From positions 655-17,477 of the forward strand of contig PMWA01000058.1 in NCBI GenBank assembly GCA_003166335.1: a stretch of DNA of 16,823 nt, in the 5' to 3' direction. Of the stretch, positions 1-9,939 are shown one piece after another. Source of the stretch: Methanobacterium sp. (GTDB lineage Archaea > Methanobacteriota > Methanobacteria > Methanobacteriales > Methanobacteriaceae). How positions within the stretch are numbered: position 1 is the first letter of the stretch; each line of letters opens with the position of its first letter. The notes beneath the pieces were generated by a model. It saw only the letters and a program-made list of their open reading frames with translations. It made no database searches and had not been told where the DNA came from. Both the position numbers and the translations under genes were made by a program.

Positions 1-1679
1 ATATTGAATGAAATAATAAATTTGCTAATTATGCGGAAAAATTCTATTCCGCCTATTATGCAAATAGGGGCCAAAAATATAAGTGAAATTTGATATAACC
101 TTGAAGAATCAAGTGCACTTCCAAAGTATGGAATTATAATTCCTGCAATTAATACAATAAACATTATAAAACAAAATATCACATATTCTTTATCCATATT
201 TATAAATTTTCTTTTAATTATTAATTTTATAATTCCTATGAAAATAAAAAATTGAGATAACAAATCGAGATATTTTTCTATATTTCTTAATGGTGAAATT
301 GTCCCTTTTTGTATAATTTGCAATGCCTGTGTAGAATCTGGAGTTAAAAAATCTGTTGAGATACTACCAACAATATGATTTCCGATATGAACAACAGAAC
401 TAAATGCTGATGAACTTGAATTATAGGTATACCAAAAGTAAACTAGCACTGAAAATAGAATAACAAATGTTAATGTAATTCCCCCTTTTTTTGGGGAATA
501 TTCATAGATAAAATATTTTCTATGATCAATTAAAATAAGGATAATTATTACAAAAATAGCAGTTAATAAATAAATATATGATAATCCATAATGAGAGACA
601 ATTAATGAAAATGCAAATAAAACACTTAAAAATGATTTTTCTTTAATTTTAATTTCATCTATCATTAATAAAATTATCAAAACTAAAAATAATTCAGCAA
701 TTTCTTGTCTCGCTAACGTTACCATTTCTATAAAAAAAACATTGAAAGCCATGAAAAAAAAACAAGAAAAAAAAGCAATTTTAGATGTTGTTTGTTTTTT
801 AAATATCTCATACAATCCCAGAGGAACTAGAGAAAATATTAAAGGATATACAATTTTGAAAATCCATACCAAATTCATTCCTGATATTTTAGAATATACC
901 GGAGCAAACATTACAATACTTAACATAGCATTAAGATTATATGGAAGCGATGGATTCCAAAATCCATTAATGAAAACAATATTGGCTATGAAATATTCTT
1001 CATGGATATCATAACCCCATAAATAATTTGAAATTAAAGATGTACTAAATAATAAAGAAATAGAAATCATTAAAATTACTAATGGATATAAATTTTTAGA
1101 AATTTTATTAAATGCCGTTAATATTACTATAATTGAAATGACGATAATTAGAAGAATTGATAATAAATTGATATTATAATTATTTATTAGATATGTTCCA
1201 AAAATAGCTAAAAAAGGTAGAATAAAAATTGAAATATATGGCGATTCTGAAAACTTACTGAAATTAATGTAATTTGGATCGGAGAAATCCTTATCTCTTA
1301 TATAGCTCAAAATAGACAGTATAATAATATAAGCAGTTATTGTTATTATTAAATAATATTCAGATATTGGATTTTTTATTCCTAGAAAAGGATAAATTAA
1401 ATTCATAAAAAATCCAATAAACATTATGCTTGAGATACTTAGTCCACATGAATATAATACCGTTCTAATAGTGCCTAACTTATGTAATTTTATAATTCTT
1501 AAGATTAGGATACCCGGGATGAATAATAAATAAATAAATGATAATAATTCTCTTATTAATGGAATATGTAAATTTATCGCATCTAAACAAATTGTTACTA
1601 ATAATGCAACCTGAATAAATAAGATAAAATTGAAAAATCTACTTATTTTCCAGTCATTTATTTCAAAGATATTTAGCAA
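1..1679 (-). CDS. DUF2206-family polytopic membrane protein, 3' end outside the window
   Basis: Absent from the ORF track, presumably because it runs off the edge. Manual translation from TTG at 1679 (AGGTGA RBS at 1689-1684) gives MLNIFEINDWKISRFF...LLSFIYLLFIPGILILRII...SLISNYLWGYDIHEEY...LARQEIAELF...IIIPYFGSALDSSRLYQISLIFLAPICIIGG. The frame is the same at both ends and the motifs are typical of DUF2206. Not every codon was checked. Confidence 0.88.
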   Translation of the reverse strand, partial: MLNIFEINDWKISRFFNFILFIQVALLVTICLDAINLHIPLIRELLSFIYLLFIPGILILRIIKLHKLGTIRTVLYSCGLSISSIMFIGFFMNLIYPFLGIKNPISEYYLIITITAYIIILSILSYIRDKDFSDPNYINFSKFSESPYISIFILPFLAIFGTYLINNYNINLLSILLIIVISIIVILTAFNKISKNLYPLVILMISISLLFSTSLISNYLWGYDIHEEYFIANIVFINGFWNPSLPYNLNAMLSIVMFAPVYSKISGMNLVWIFKIVYPLIFSLVPLGLYEIFKKQTTSKIAFFSCFFFMAFNVFFIEMVTLARQEIAELFLVLIILLMIDEIKIKEKSFLSVLFAFSLIVSHYGLSYIYLLTAIFVIIILILIDHRKYFIYEYSPKKGGITLTFVILFSVLVYFWYTYNSSSSAFSSVVHIGNHIVGSISTDFLTPDSTQALQIIQKGTISPLRNIEKYLDLLSQFFIFIGIIKLIIKRKFINMDKEYVIFCFIMFIVLIAGIIIPYFGSALDSSRLYQISLIFLAPICIIGGIEFFRIISKFIISFN

Positions 1680-1763
1680 ATGCTCACCTAAATTGATATT
1701 AATTATCATTTACGAATTTTAATAAATAATCAAAAATTCAATTAAATATTATAAAATTTCAAA

Positions 1764-2540
1764 CTAATCATCACTATTTATAAATAAATTAGAAAACCTT
1801 TTTAGATTTTGATTGATAAGTGTTTCAATGTACAGGTATATATCGTAGCATTCGTTTTTTAGTTTGGTTTCTTTGTTTCTTAGTCTGTCGCTTCTGCTTT
1901 GGTTTTCATAGCCGAAAACTCGTTTTATGACTGATAGTACACTTTCTACCAGGCTTCTGAGGTGATATTTGGGTTTACTGATGAGATATTGCATTCCCAA
2001 CCGATATTTATCTTTTCTATTCCTTTCTTTGGTGGTATCATGCTGGTTGCTCCTAATTCTTCGTGTATGACTTGATGTATTTCTTCTTTGTCGAATGCGT
2101 TGTCTAAATCTGAAACTTGAAGGTTTGAATTCTTTGTTTTCTTGATTGTGGGTATTGCATCTTTAGAATAGCATCTGGGTCCCTGGCCTGTTCCATCTAT
2201 AGACACCACGGTTTCTCAATGTCAAATAGGTCCACGGTAAAATCTAGCATTCGTCAAAGAAGTGTGATGCGAAAAGTTTAAAGAATTTTTGCAAAGTAAT
2301 GTAGTGCTGAACACTTTTTAAGCAAATTATTTCCTTTAATTTAGGCATTAATCCCACAACAGCTGTGATTTCACGATATTTTAATCTTAAACGTTTCATT
2401 AAACATAATAAAGCCATAAGCTGATGTTGCGTGTACATTCGTTTTGAATATTCACCGGAATAAGCGGGTAAAGTCATTTCAGCCACTTTAAACGCAGTAA
2501 AGGTAAATGTTATTAGCTCGTTTTCACTTAAATCACTCAT
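1764..2540 (-). pseudogene. DDE transposase pseudogene in three fragments with an apparent internal deletion
   Basis: Fragment 2244-2540: YSGEYSKRMYTQHQLMALL...HYITLQKFF. Fragment 1946-2209: SIDGTG and DNAFDKEEIH...IPPKK. Fragment 1764-2000: YHLRSLVESVLSVIKR. These are the D, D and E regions of IS5-type transposases, broken by stops and frameshifts. Confidence 0.85.
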
Positions 2541-2611
2541 GGGATCACATTCGTACTTTACTTAATACTCAATGTGTGATCCCATTATACTTATAGGATT
2601 TCTACTGGGCC
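1790..2611 (-). mobile_element. Degraded IS5-family insertion sequence (probably ISH1-like group)
   Basis: Contains transposase fragments. The end at 2599-2611 (TTTCTACTGGGCC) matches the TIR of the 4636-4760 element. The other end starts TAGAAAACC at 1790 and lacks the outer GGCTCTG. Confidence 0.85.
2539..2585. repeat. Perfect 11-bp inverted repeat overlapping the transposase start codon
   Basis: ATGGGATCACA (2539-2549) and TGTGATCCCAT (2575-2585), with a 25-nt spacer. Confidence 0.8.
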
Positions 2612-2650
2612 GTTTTTTCTAAATTCATTTAGATTTATTATGACCAAAAG

Positions 2651-2754
2651 ATGTTATATTTGATGCATGTTAATTGGGAATGCCCAAACAAATGCCACAA
2701 TTTATAGCTGAAAGTGTATCTAAATTTTATAAAATATATGTTTTATTCCCTTAG
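2651..2754 (+). pseudogene. N-terminal remnant of a GT4 (TuaH-like) glycosyltransferase
   Basis: MLYLMHVNWE from 2651, then a 1-nt frameshift at about 2682 into PKQMPQFIAESVSKFYKIYVLFP*. This resembles the 'LYxMHVDWxWIKQRPHFIAExLS' start of GT4 enzymes. Confidence 0.55.
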
Positions 2755-3013
2755 ATCTACTCAGGGTCTATATCGAAATAATGTTATTTTATCTGTTAGA
2801 AATATTAGTTACAAACGAATAGAAGTAAAAAACGCTTTAATATCAGGATGCCCTACAGAAATGATAAAAGAGAATTATGGTCACAGTCTTACAAAACAGG
2901 TACATCAATTAAAAATAATAGAATATATCTAGTTAATCTAGAAATGAGAATACTATTTCAAATAAGATTATTTATTTTCTTAAATTGCAGTTTATAAATT
3001 TAAATGTTTAAAG

Positions 3014-4510
3014 TTAAGATTTCACAACTTTATATTGTAATCTAAAATAAAAAATTAAAATTAGAATCAAGATAGAAGTGATTAAATACAAAAATCTTAT
3101 TATTATTGAATAATTGAGAAGTGTGAAAATTGTTTGAATGATTAGTATTACCCAAATTATTAATACTTCTTTTGATATGATCAGATTGCTTGGAACAACC
3201 TCTTTCCACAAGTAAAACGGCACAAAAATTAATGTATTGAGTACATAAGCTGTAACATATCCTATAGCTAATGCGAGGGCTCCTAAGTTTTTTAGGAGAA
3301 AAACAGTACTTATTAAAAATATAGCCCATATAATATTGTCTAAAAAACCCCACCACATAAGATTTTTAACTTCTAATTTACGGGATATTCCATCCCTGTA
3401 AGCAGTTATGCAACTTACAAACATCATTAAAGCTAATACTTGAATAAAAATGTTCGCGTTATAACCTGGCCCATATAAGAACCCTATTATTTCGGGAAAT
3501 GCTATTAAGGGTAATGCTATTATTATGACTATAAACCAGCTTCCAAATACATTAATGGTTTCCAATTGTTCATTTTCATTTTTTTCATTTGCTGCTACCA
3601 TTGGCAATAAAACTTGACCTATTACACCGGGCAAAAATGAAAGTAAAATTCCCCATTGATTTGCTGCGTTAAAAAAACCTAATTGAACATAACCTCCCTG
3701 AATGTTAATTATAATGGTATTTGCAACCCATATAATAGGCCCCACCATAACACTGGAAAGCATTGTTGGAAATGATAACTTCCAAATTACGTCTTTTTCT
3801 TTTAATGATTTTAAATAATTTATTTTGATTTTAAATTTTTCAACCAGATTATGGACTGTTATTGTATATAAAATTAAATTTATAACACTATTTATAACAA
3901 TAGCTGAAACTGCACCAATTAAACCGAAAAAATAAACTCCAGTAATCGATAAAGAAGCAGATATTACTCCCTGAAGTAATGATATGCGAGCAAGATCTTT
4001 AAAGGCTCCAAAGCCTACGATCGATCCTGATTGTATGCCTACTATGGTGTTGAAAATTAAAAGTAAGGATGCTATACGTAAAGCTGGAGCTAAACCCGGC
4101 GAAGCTAATGTATGTGACGCAAGCCAAGGTGCCATTATGAAAAGAACAGCGAACGTAACTACTCCGGATATTATCCCGAAAAGATTAGTGAGCCCCATAA
4201 TTCGTCCAGTTCGTTCTGGATCTGTTTGATGATATTGTGCTATATATTTGGTGGCAGTTATCCCTAAACCTAAGCCAGCAAATGTTGAAAATAAAATCAC
4301 TGTACTGTTTATAATACCAAACTGTCCGTAACCAAATTTGCCGAGTATCCTAGCTGTTACTATGGCGGCGATCAATGGAAAACCCTGAGATGTTAATGTA
4401 CTTATGAGATTCCAGAAAATACCATAAATAAGCTTTCCTACCACACTTCCCCGATCATCACCGGCTACTTTGCTTAGTATACTTTTCAACACTAGTTTTG
4501 GGTTTCTCAT
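3014..4510 (-). CDS. Oligosaccharide flippase (Wzx/RfbX, MOP superfamily)
   Basis: 498-aa polytopic membrane protein with ARILGKFGYGQFGII...FAGLGLGITATKYIA and GYVQLGFFNAANQW motifs, adjacent to glycosyltransferases. Confidence 0.9.
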   Translation of the reverse strand: MRNPKLVLKSILSKVAGDDRGSVVGKLIYGIFWNLISTLTSQGFPLIAAIVTARILGKFGYGQFGIINSTVILFSTFAGLGLGITATKYIAQYHQTDPERTGRIMGLTNLFGIISGVVTFAVLFIMAPWLASHTLASPGLAPALRIASLLLIFNTIVGIQSGSIVGFGAFKDLARISLLQGVISASLSITGVYFFGLIGAVSAIVINSVINLILYTITVHNLVEKFKIKINYLKSLKEKDVIWKLSFPTMLSSVMVGPIIWVANTIIINIQGGYVQLGFFNAANQWGILLSFLPGVIGQVLLPMVAANEKNENEQLETINVFGSWFIVIIIALPLIAFPEIIGFLYGPGYNANIFIQVLALMMFVSCITAYRDGISRKLEVKNLMWWGFLDNIIWAIFLISTVFLLKNLGALALAIGYVTAYVLNTLIFVPFYLWKEVVPSNLIISKEVLIIWVILIIQTIFTLLNYSIIIRFLYLITSILILILIFYFRLQYKVVKS

Positions 4511-4635
4511 AATAACCAGTATCGATAACTTTTAAAAACAAATTTTAATTAATCATATGAGTTATTTCATCCCATATCATAAAATACTATTTGGCTTTTG
4601 ATATTATACTATTAATATTATTATTCTATTATTTT

Positions 4636-4760
4636 GGCTCTGTAGAAAACCTTTTTAGATTTTCATTGATAAGTGTTTTGCGTACAGGTATATGTCGTAG
4701 CATTCGTTTTTTTAGCTTGGTTTCTTTGTTTCTCATACTTATAGGAATTTCTACAGGGCC
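4636..4760. mobile_element. 125-bp non-autonomous MITE-like derivative of the IS at 1790-2611
   Basis: 13-bp TIRs GGCTCTGTAGAAA and TTTCTACAGGGCC (1 mismatch). 4643-4733 matches 1790-1880 and 4735-4760 matches 2587-2611. Flanks ATTATTTT (4628-4635) and AATATTTT (4761-4768) are a possible 8-bp target duplication. Confidence 0.88.
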
Positions 4761-5069
4761 AATATTTTAATGAATGATAATCAGTATATGAATCAGATTA
4801 ATATATAATTTAAAAAAAAACGAACAATAAAACCTTAACTTAATTCATAGTGAATTACCAAAGGTTTTACCATAGGGGGTACAATTAACATTCAAAAAGT
4901 AATGCACCCTCTATAATAAATCAATTTGATAAAGGTCAATATGGAGGAATTTACTTTATTTTGGTATAAAAGTTTATATTTCTCATTTATCAAAAAAACT
5001 TTAATTTCTTTTTAAATGGCACAATCGATGGTATTAAAATTATTACAACTAACAAAGAAGTTGATATGT

Positions 5070-6182
5070 ATGAAAATAATTATTTTAGCACCAATGTTAT
5101 GGAATAGTATAGGGGGACATCCTATTGAATTGGCTAAAGTATTATCTGACAAACATCAAATAGATTATTTAGAACCCATAGTTCATTCATCAAATCTGCC
5201 AATATCTTTTAAGATAACTTCGAATAATACAGTCCCAAAAAATGTTAACATAATCAAAAGATCTACAAATTTAGGAGCTAATTTCTTTTATTTAATCTAT
5301 ACTGAATACAAAAATCTTCTTTATTTTATTAAAGAAGATTACGATGTATATATAACTTATCATACAACATTTAATATTTTAGGAATTATATTTGCAAAAT
5401 TAACAGGAAAAAAAGTCGTTTTAATTTATGTCGATGATTTATCTGATCTATTTAAAGTACTATTGATTAAAATATTTACTAAATACCTATTTACACCTTT
5501 AGTAGCTTCATTATCAGGTTTAATCATTGTTACATCATATAAACTTAAAAAGTCAATTGATTTATTCAACAGAAATATTGAATATATACCTAATGGAGTT
5601 AATTTACATTCATTTAAAGTTGAAGACACTTTTAAAGAGAAATCAGAATTCATAGTTGGCTTTGTAGGAGGTTTTGGAAACTGGATTAATTTTGATATGG
5701 TTCTAAAATCGGCTCAATTTTTAATGGATAATGGTGTTAAATTTGTCTTAATAGGGGATGGTGAAATGTTTAATTATGTTAAAGATAAAATAAGTGAACT
5801 TAAACTTGATAACATAGAATTGCTTGGAGTTAAATCTCATACTGATTTGCCAAAGTTAATATGTGAAATGGATATATGCATAATCCCATTTAAAGTAAAT
5901 CATTTAACTGACAGGGTTTCTCCTGTGAAGTTATTTGAATACTGGTCATTAAAAAAACCAGTAATATCAACAAGCTTTTATGAAATTAAGAAAATTGCAA
6001 AAGATAAAGTAATTTTTGTAAATAATTCAAAAGAACTTAGTTATTCAATTTTAAAGTTTAAAAACAACAAAAATTTATGTAAAAAATATGGGGATATTGG
6101 ATACGATGAAGTAAGAAAAAACTATGATTGGAATATTTTAGCAGGAAAATATGAATTATTAATAAAAAAATTATTCATTTAA
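5070..6182 (+). CDS. GT4-family glycosyltransferase (TuaH-like)
   Basis: GT-B motifs YIPNGVN, VGFVGGFGNW, LIGDGE, DICIIPF and SPVKLFEYWSLKKPVIST. Start at ATG 5070 (MKIIILAP) is preferred over 5016. Confidence 0.88.
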   Translation: MKIIILAPMLWNSIGGHPIELAKVLSDKHQIDYLEPIVHSSNLPISFKITSNNTVPKNVNIIKRSTNLGANFFYLIYTEYKNLLYFIKEDYDVYITYHTTFNILGIIFAKLTGKKVVLIYVDDLSDLFKVLLIKIFTKYLFTPLVASLSGLIIVTSYKLKKSIDLFNRNIEYIPNGVNLHSFKVEDTFKEKSEFIVGFVGGFGNWINFDMVLKSAQFLMDNGVKFVLIGDGEMFNYVKDKISELKLDNIELLGVKSHTDLPKLICEMDICIIPFKVNHLTDRVSPVKLFEYWSLKKPVISTSFYEIKKIAKDKVIFVNNSKELSYSILKFKNNKNLCKKYGDIGYDEVRKNYDWNILAGKYELLIKKLFI

Positions 6183-6220
6183 TATAAAATTACTATATTT
6201 CTAACTTACTAATTAGTCAA

Positions 6221-7432
6221 TCATTTATCGACTAAGTTATTGTATACATTATTTATTCTTTTGGCATATCCTTCCCAGGTCCAACCTTCATTAATAACGA
6301 GTTTTCTCCCATTTTCTCCCATTTTTTTCATGACATCTTCATTATCAAGCAAGTATTTAATTTTATTTGCCAGTGCATCCATGTCTTCCGGTTCAAACAA
6401 AAGACCAGTATGATTGTCTTTAACTTGATCAGGGATTCCTCCAACATTAGTTGCAATGACGGCACATTCACTGGACATAGCTTCATATATCACCACAGGC
6501 TTGCCTTCCGTCAAAGAGGGTAAAATAAACAGATCAGCCACTGAATACCAATCTTCTAATTCTTTACCTCTAAGTTCACCTTTAAAAGTGACAATTTCTT
6601 GAAGATCCAAGTTCCTAGACAATTTTTGAAGATTATTCACTTCAGAACCTTTACCTATAATAACTACCTGTAAATTAATATCAGACGTTCCATATTTTGT
6701 TCTCAATTCATATATGGCTCTTAATAAATAATCAACGCCTTTTAATTTATCTAAACGTCCAACGTATAATATGATTTTACCCGCCTCTATCTTTAACTGT
6801 TTCTTAAGTGAAATTTTGTCGTCTGGTTTAAATTTGTAGACATCCACCCCCAGAGAGATTATTTCAATCTTCCCTGAATCAACACCAACTTCAATTAACA
6901 ATTCCGATAACTCTTCGCTAATGCAAATTATTTTACTAGAAAATTCAAATACCTCCATAACTTTATTTTTTATCCTGTCATCTTCTAGCCATGTTTTCAA
7001 CGAACCAGTGCTATGCAACTCCACAATCAACGGTACATTCCATTCTCTGCACAGATCCATCACCCCATATCCATCGGGATAAATTTGATGAGCATGCACT
7101 AAATCCGCTTCTTCAACATTGTTTAAAATATAATTTGAAACTGATTGACGATAAAAATCACCGATAAATCCATAAAAAATTTTTTTAGGCAATAAATAAA
7201 GGAAACGAGGATGATGAACAGTTCCCTCCTCTGAATATTCCATTAATGGTATTTTACTGAATTCATAGAAAGGCAAATATTTAAGGGGAGGAGAAAAAGG
7301 AATAGGAGCAATAACTTCGATATCAACATCTTGTAACTGGGAAATTGCCAGGTTTGCATATCTGTTCCAAGGAGTCCATAAATAAAATTTGTTAGGATAG
7401 TGTACAGATACCATAAGGGAACGAATTTTCAT
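6221..7432 (-). CDS. GT4-family glycosyltransferase (TuaC/WlbH-like)
   Basis: Motifs LVHAHQIYPDGY, ILYVGRLDKLKGVDYL and DLFILPSLTEGKPVVIYEAMSSECAVIATNVGGIPD (EX7E). Confidence 0.92.
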   Translation of the reverse strand: MKIRSLMVSVHYPNKFYLWTPWNRYANLAISQLQDVDIEVIAPIPFSPPLKYLPFYEFSKIPLMEYSEEGTVHHPRFLYLLPKKIFYGFIGDFYRQSVSNYILNNVEEADLVHAHQIYPDGYGVMDLCREWNVPLIVELHSTGSLKTWLEDDRIKNKVMEVFEFSSKIICISEELSELLIEVGVDSGKIEIISLGVDVYKFKPDDKISLKKQLKIEAGKIILYVGRLDKLKGVDYLLRAIYELRTKYGTSDINLQVVIIGKGSEVNNLQKLSRNLDLQEIVTFKGELRGKELEDWYSVADLFILPSLTEGKPVVIYEAMSSECAVIATNVGGIPDQVKDNHTGLLFEPEDMDALANKIKYLLDNEDVMKKMGENGRKLVINEGWTWEGYAKRINNVYNNLVDK

Positions 7433-7502
7433 GATTAATTTATTCCTTTAACATGATTAATGAATTACTATTAATATAGTTTCATAAAAAAAAATATATC
7501 AG

Positions 7503-8717
7503 TTAATTTAAATTGTCTAAATGTATTTTCAACTCAGAAACAATATCAGCACGGTCATAATGGGCTTTAACATATTCTCTACCATTCTTACCCATTTCTT
7601 CTAGTTTCTGAGGATTATTCAATAAAGTGATTATTGCATCAGATATTGCATCGGATGAATCATTAGTAATGATTCCTGCCTTTGATTTATGAGCTAATTC
7701 ACTTATTTCTCCATTTCCACTTGCAATAAATGGTAGTTCACATGCCAGATACTCGTAAACTTTAACTGGTACCATATACTCAAGTGATTTTAATTTTTTC
7801 ATGGGTGCTAATCCAATTAGAGATTCTGAAAGTAATTCAGGCACCTTTTCACGGGGGACTGAACCCTTGAATTCAATTACATCCTCCAAACCTAGCTTTT
7901 GTACCATTTTTTCTAATTCTTCCTTTCTTTCACCATCCCCCACGATTAGAAATTTGACATCATGCATTTTAGTAACATTTTTCATAGCTTGGATGTATTT
8001 TTCAAGATCTTGGGCATGACCAATGTTTCCTAAAAATATTATTTGATTTTTTTTAGAAACACTCTGACGATGAAAAATTTCTGTATCCGCTCCATTGGGA
8101 ATTAAAATTATTTTCTTATCATTAATATCATAAATATTTGATAATCTTTGGGCAAGCACATTAGTGGTTGCTCCCACTAGATCAGCATTATTATAACATA
8201 CTTTTTCAAATTTTCTGGCAATTTTTTCTAATGTACTTTCTTTTTCAAGGAAGCCAAGTGAAATTGAAGCATCTATCCATGAATCTCTTGCATCGATAAT
8301 CCATCTTTTTTTGAATAACTTTTTAGAAATAAGTCCAGGAATTGCAGTGAAAACCGGTGGATTAGAGGTTATGATTAAATCATAATGTTTGGAATAAAGT
8401 AGAGTCCATATAGAGGCATGTAATGGAAATATTAAATAATATAGCACTCTACTTATAAATCCAGGATCCTTTGAACCATTTTGCCATCCCCATAAGTTTA
8501 AAACTTTAACTCCTTCAATCTCACTAGATCTACGGATTTTCCTTCGTTTTTTGAAAGTTTTTTTAGGAAAAGACGGATAAGGGGTAAAAACTGTAGTGTT
8601 TACCCCAAATTTATTTAAAAATTTAGACATTTCATATATACGTGATGCATTAGCTATATTTTCAGGCGGGAAATGTTGAGTTATAATTAAAATTTGATTC
8701 TTATTCTGTTCATTCAT
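7503..8717 (-). CDS. GT4-family glycosyltransferase (WbuB-like)
   Basis: Motifs ITQHFPPE, PYPSFP, LIPNGAD, FLGNIGHAQDLE, IVGDGE and PVKVYEYLACELP. Confidence 0.92.
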   Translation of the reverse strand: MNEQNKNQILIITQHFPPENIANASRIYEMSKFLNKFGVNTTVFTPYPSFPKKTFKKRRKIRRSSEIEGVKVLNLWGWQNGSKDPGFISRVLYYLIFPLHASIWTLLYSKHYDLIITSNPPVFTAIPGLISKKLFKKRWIIDARDSWIDASISLGFLEKESTLEKIARKFEKVCYNNADLVGATTNVLAQRLSNIYDINDKKIILIPNGADTEIFHRQSVSKKNQIIFLGNIGHAQDLEKYIQAMKNVTKMHDVKFLIVGDGERKEELEKMVQKLGLEDVIEFKGSVPREKVPELLSESLIGLAPMKKLKSLEYMVPVKVYEYLACELPFIASGNGEISELAHKSKAGIITNDSSDAISDAIITLLNNPQKLEEMGKNGREYVKAHYDRADIVSELKIHLDNLN

Positions 8718-9246
8718 AATAATTTACAACTCATAATTTTTTAACTCATTTTAGCGCCAAATTCAATTCAAAAAAATTAAGGAAACAGCCCAAGTCAAAG
8801 TTTATTAAAACATAATACTCTTGCAAATCCTGAAATCCTCTTATATTGATAAATTTACTTTTTAATTAAAGTTTTTTGATAATCTACTATTCGTATGTCA
8901 GCACTAGCTTATAAATAGTTAACTAAAAAGTAAATTTTATTAATTAAAAATTACGTAATAATATTAACTTATTTCAACTTTATTAGCACGAAAAACCAGT
9001 CTATCCTAAATTTTACATAACCAGAAAAAAATTCTAAATCTAAAAATTACCTAAAATAATTTAATACGAAAATAAGGATAAAGGGCACTTCAAAATTTTT
9101 TTTTATTAAAATTTTTGTACGTAATTTTATGGATTAAATCAATTAATCGGAAAAAAGTGGAAAGACTTGACTAATAAATATGCATAGGATCCAGAAGAAA
9201 TAAGGATGAAAATTAGAAAAATAAAGATTCACTTTAAAATTTTTTT

Positions 9247-9861
9247 TTATAAATAAAATGTTTTATTCTGAATATTACCTAAAATATTCCCTGGTTCATT
9301 AACTGGATAATAAATATAATTACCCACCAAAACCAGGCCACCATTATTATTAGTTATAGTATAATTACCAATCCAATCTGTGTCTACTCCATTGATGGTG
9401 AATGTGCCCTTCAATATATGTCCATTATTCTGGAAATAAGAAGTACCATTCCAAGCACTGCAAGTCATATTCATACTACCACTAAAAATGCTGCTGAACA
9501 TGGCATCCTTCAAGTTATTCTCATATAAACCAAGGACAGTACCAGGGGTTACTTTAATCAGGTTAATATGTCCATTAACATGTAAACCACTACTTATATA
9601 ATCCAATGGAAATGAGGTGTTACTAGCACCGCCTGTGAGGATCATTAAGATGTTAAAATTCTGACCAGTACCATTCACGGTGTAATAACCACCCAAACTA
9701 CTGCCATTAAGCTCATTAGCCGGTATCAAAACATGACTACTGAAATCATACTTCATTCCATTAAACATTAAACCACTAAAAGTACCCATAGTATATTCTA
9801 AGGTGCCTGCAATGATTATTATGGCAGCGATTATGGTTAATGCTAAATATTTCTTCTGCAT
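9247..9861 (-). CDS. Hypothetical exported or membrane-anchored protein, Asn/Gly/Thr-rich
   Basis: 204 aa with an N-terminal KK plus hydrophobic stretch, a beta-rich-looking body and about 7 N-X-S/T sequons. Confidence 0.8.
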   Translation of the reverse strand: MQKKYLALTIIAAIIIIAGTLEYTMGTFSGLMFNGMKYDFSSHVLIPANELNGSSLGGYYTVNGTGQNFNILMILTGGASNTSFPLDYISSGLHVNGHINLIKVTPGTVLGLYENNLKDAMFSSIFSGSMNMTCSAWNGTSYFQNNGHILKGTFTINGVDTDWIGNYTITNNNGGLVLVGNYIYYPVNEPGNILGNIQNKTFYL

Positions 9862-9908
9862 ATAATATTACACTCATATAATAGGTTAATTGTTATAAAA
9901 AAAGATTT

Positions 9909-9918
9909 AAAAAAAAAA
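9909..9918 (-). terminator. Putative archaeal oligo-T terminator
   Basis: T10 on the minus strand, about 20 nt after the stop of 9940-10578. Confidence 0.45.
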
Positions 9919-9939
9919 GTTTAAATGGGAGATTTTTTT

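Noticed and set aside
742..1014. 90-aa + strand ORF
   Set aside because: Antisense to the DUF2206 gene and has no recognisable motif.
2714..2932. 72-aa + strand ORF
   Set aside because: No RBS or motif. It overlaps the decayed GT remnant in a different frame and is probably spurious.
3042..4229. ORFs 3042-3356 (-) and 3984-4229 (+)
   Set aside because: Alternative-frame and antisense shadows of the flippase.
5426..8019. ORFs 5426-5653 (-) and 7801-8019 (+)
   Set aside because: Antisense shadows of glycosyltransferases.
8718..9246. 530-bp intergenic region as a site for a precursor ORF or ncRNA, including an 11-bp inverted match AAAATTACGTA (8947-8957 / 9118-9128)
   Set aside because: No convincing ORF or structure seen. 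The match is plausible by chance in very AT-rich DNA.
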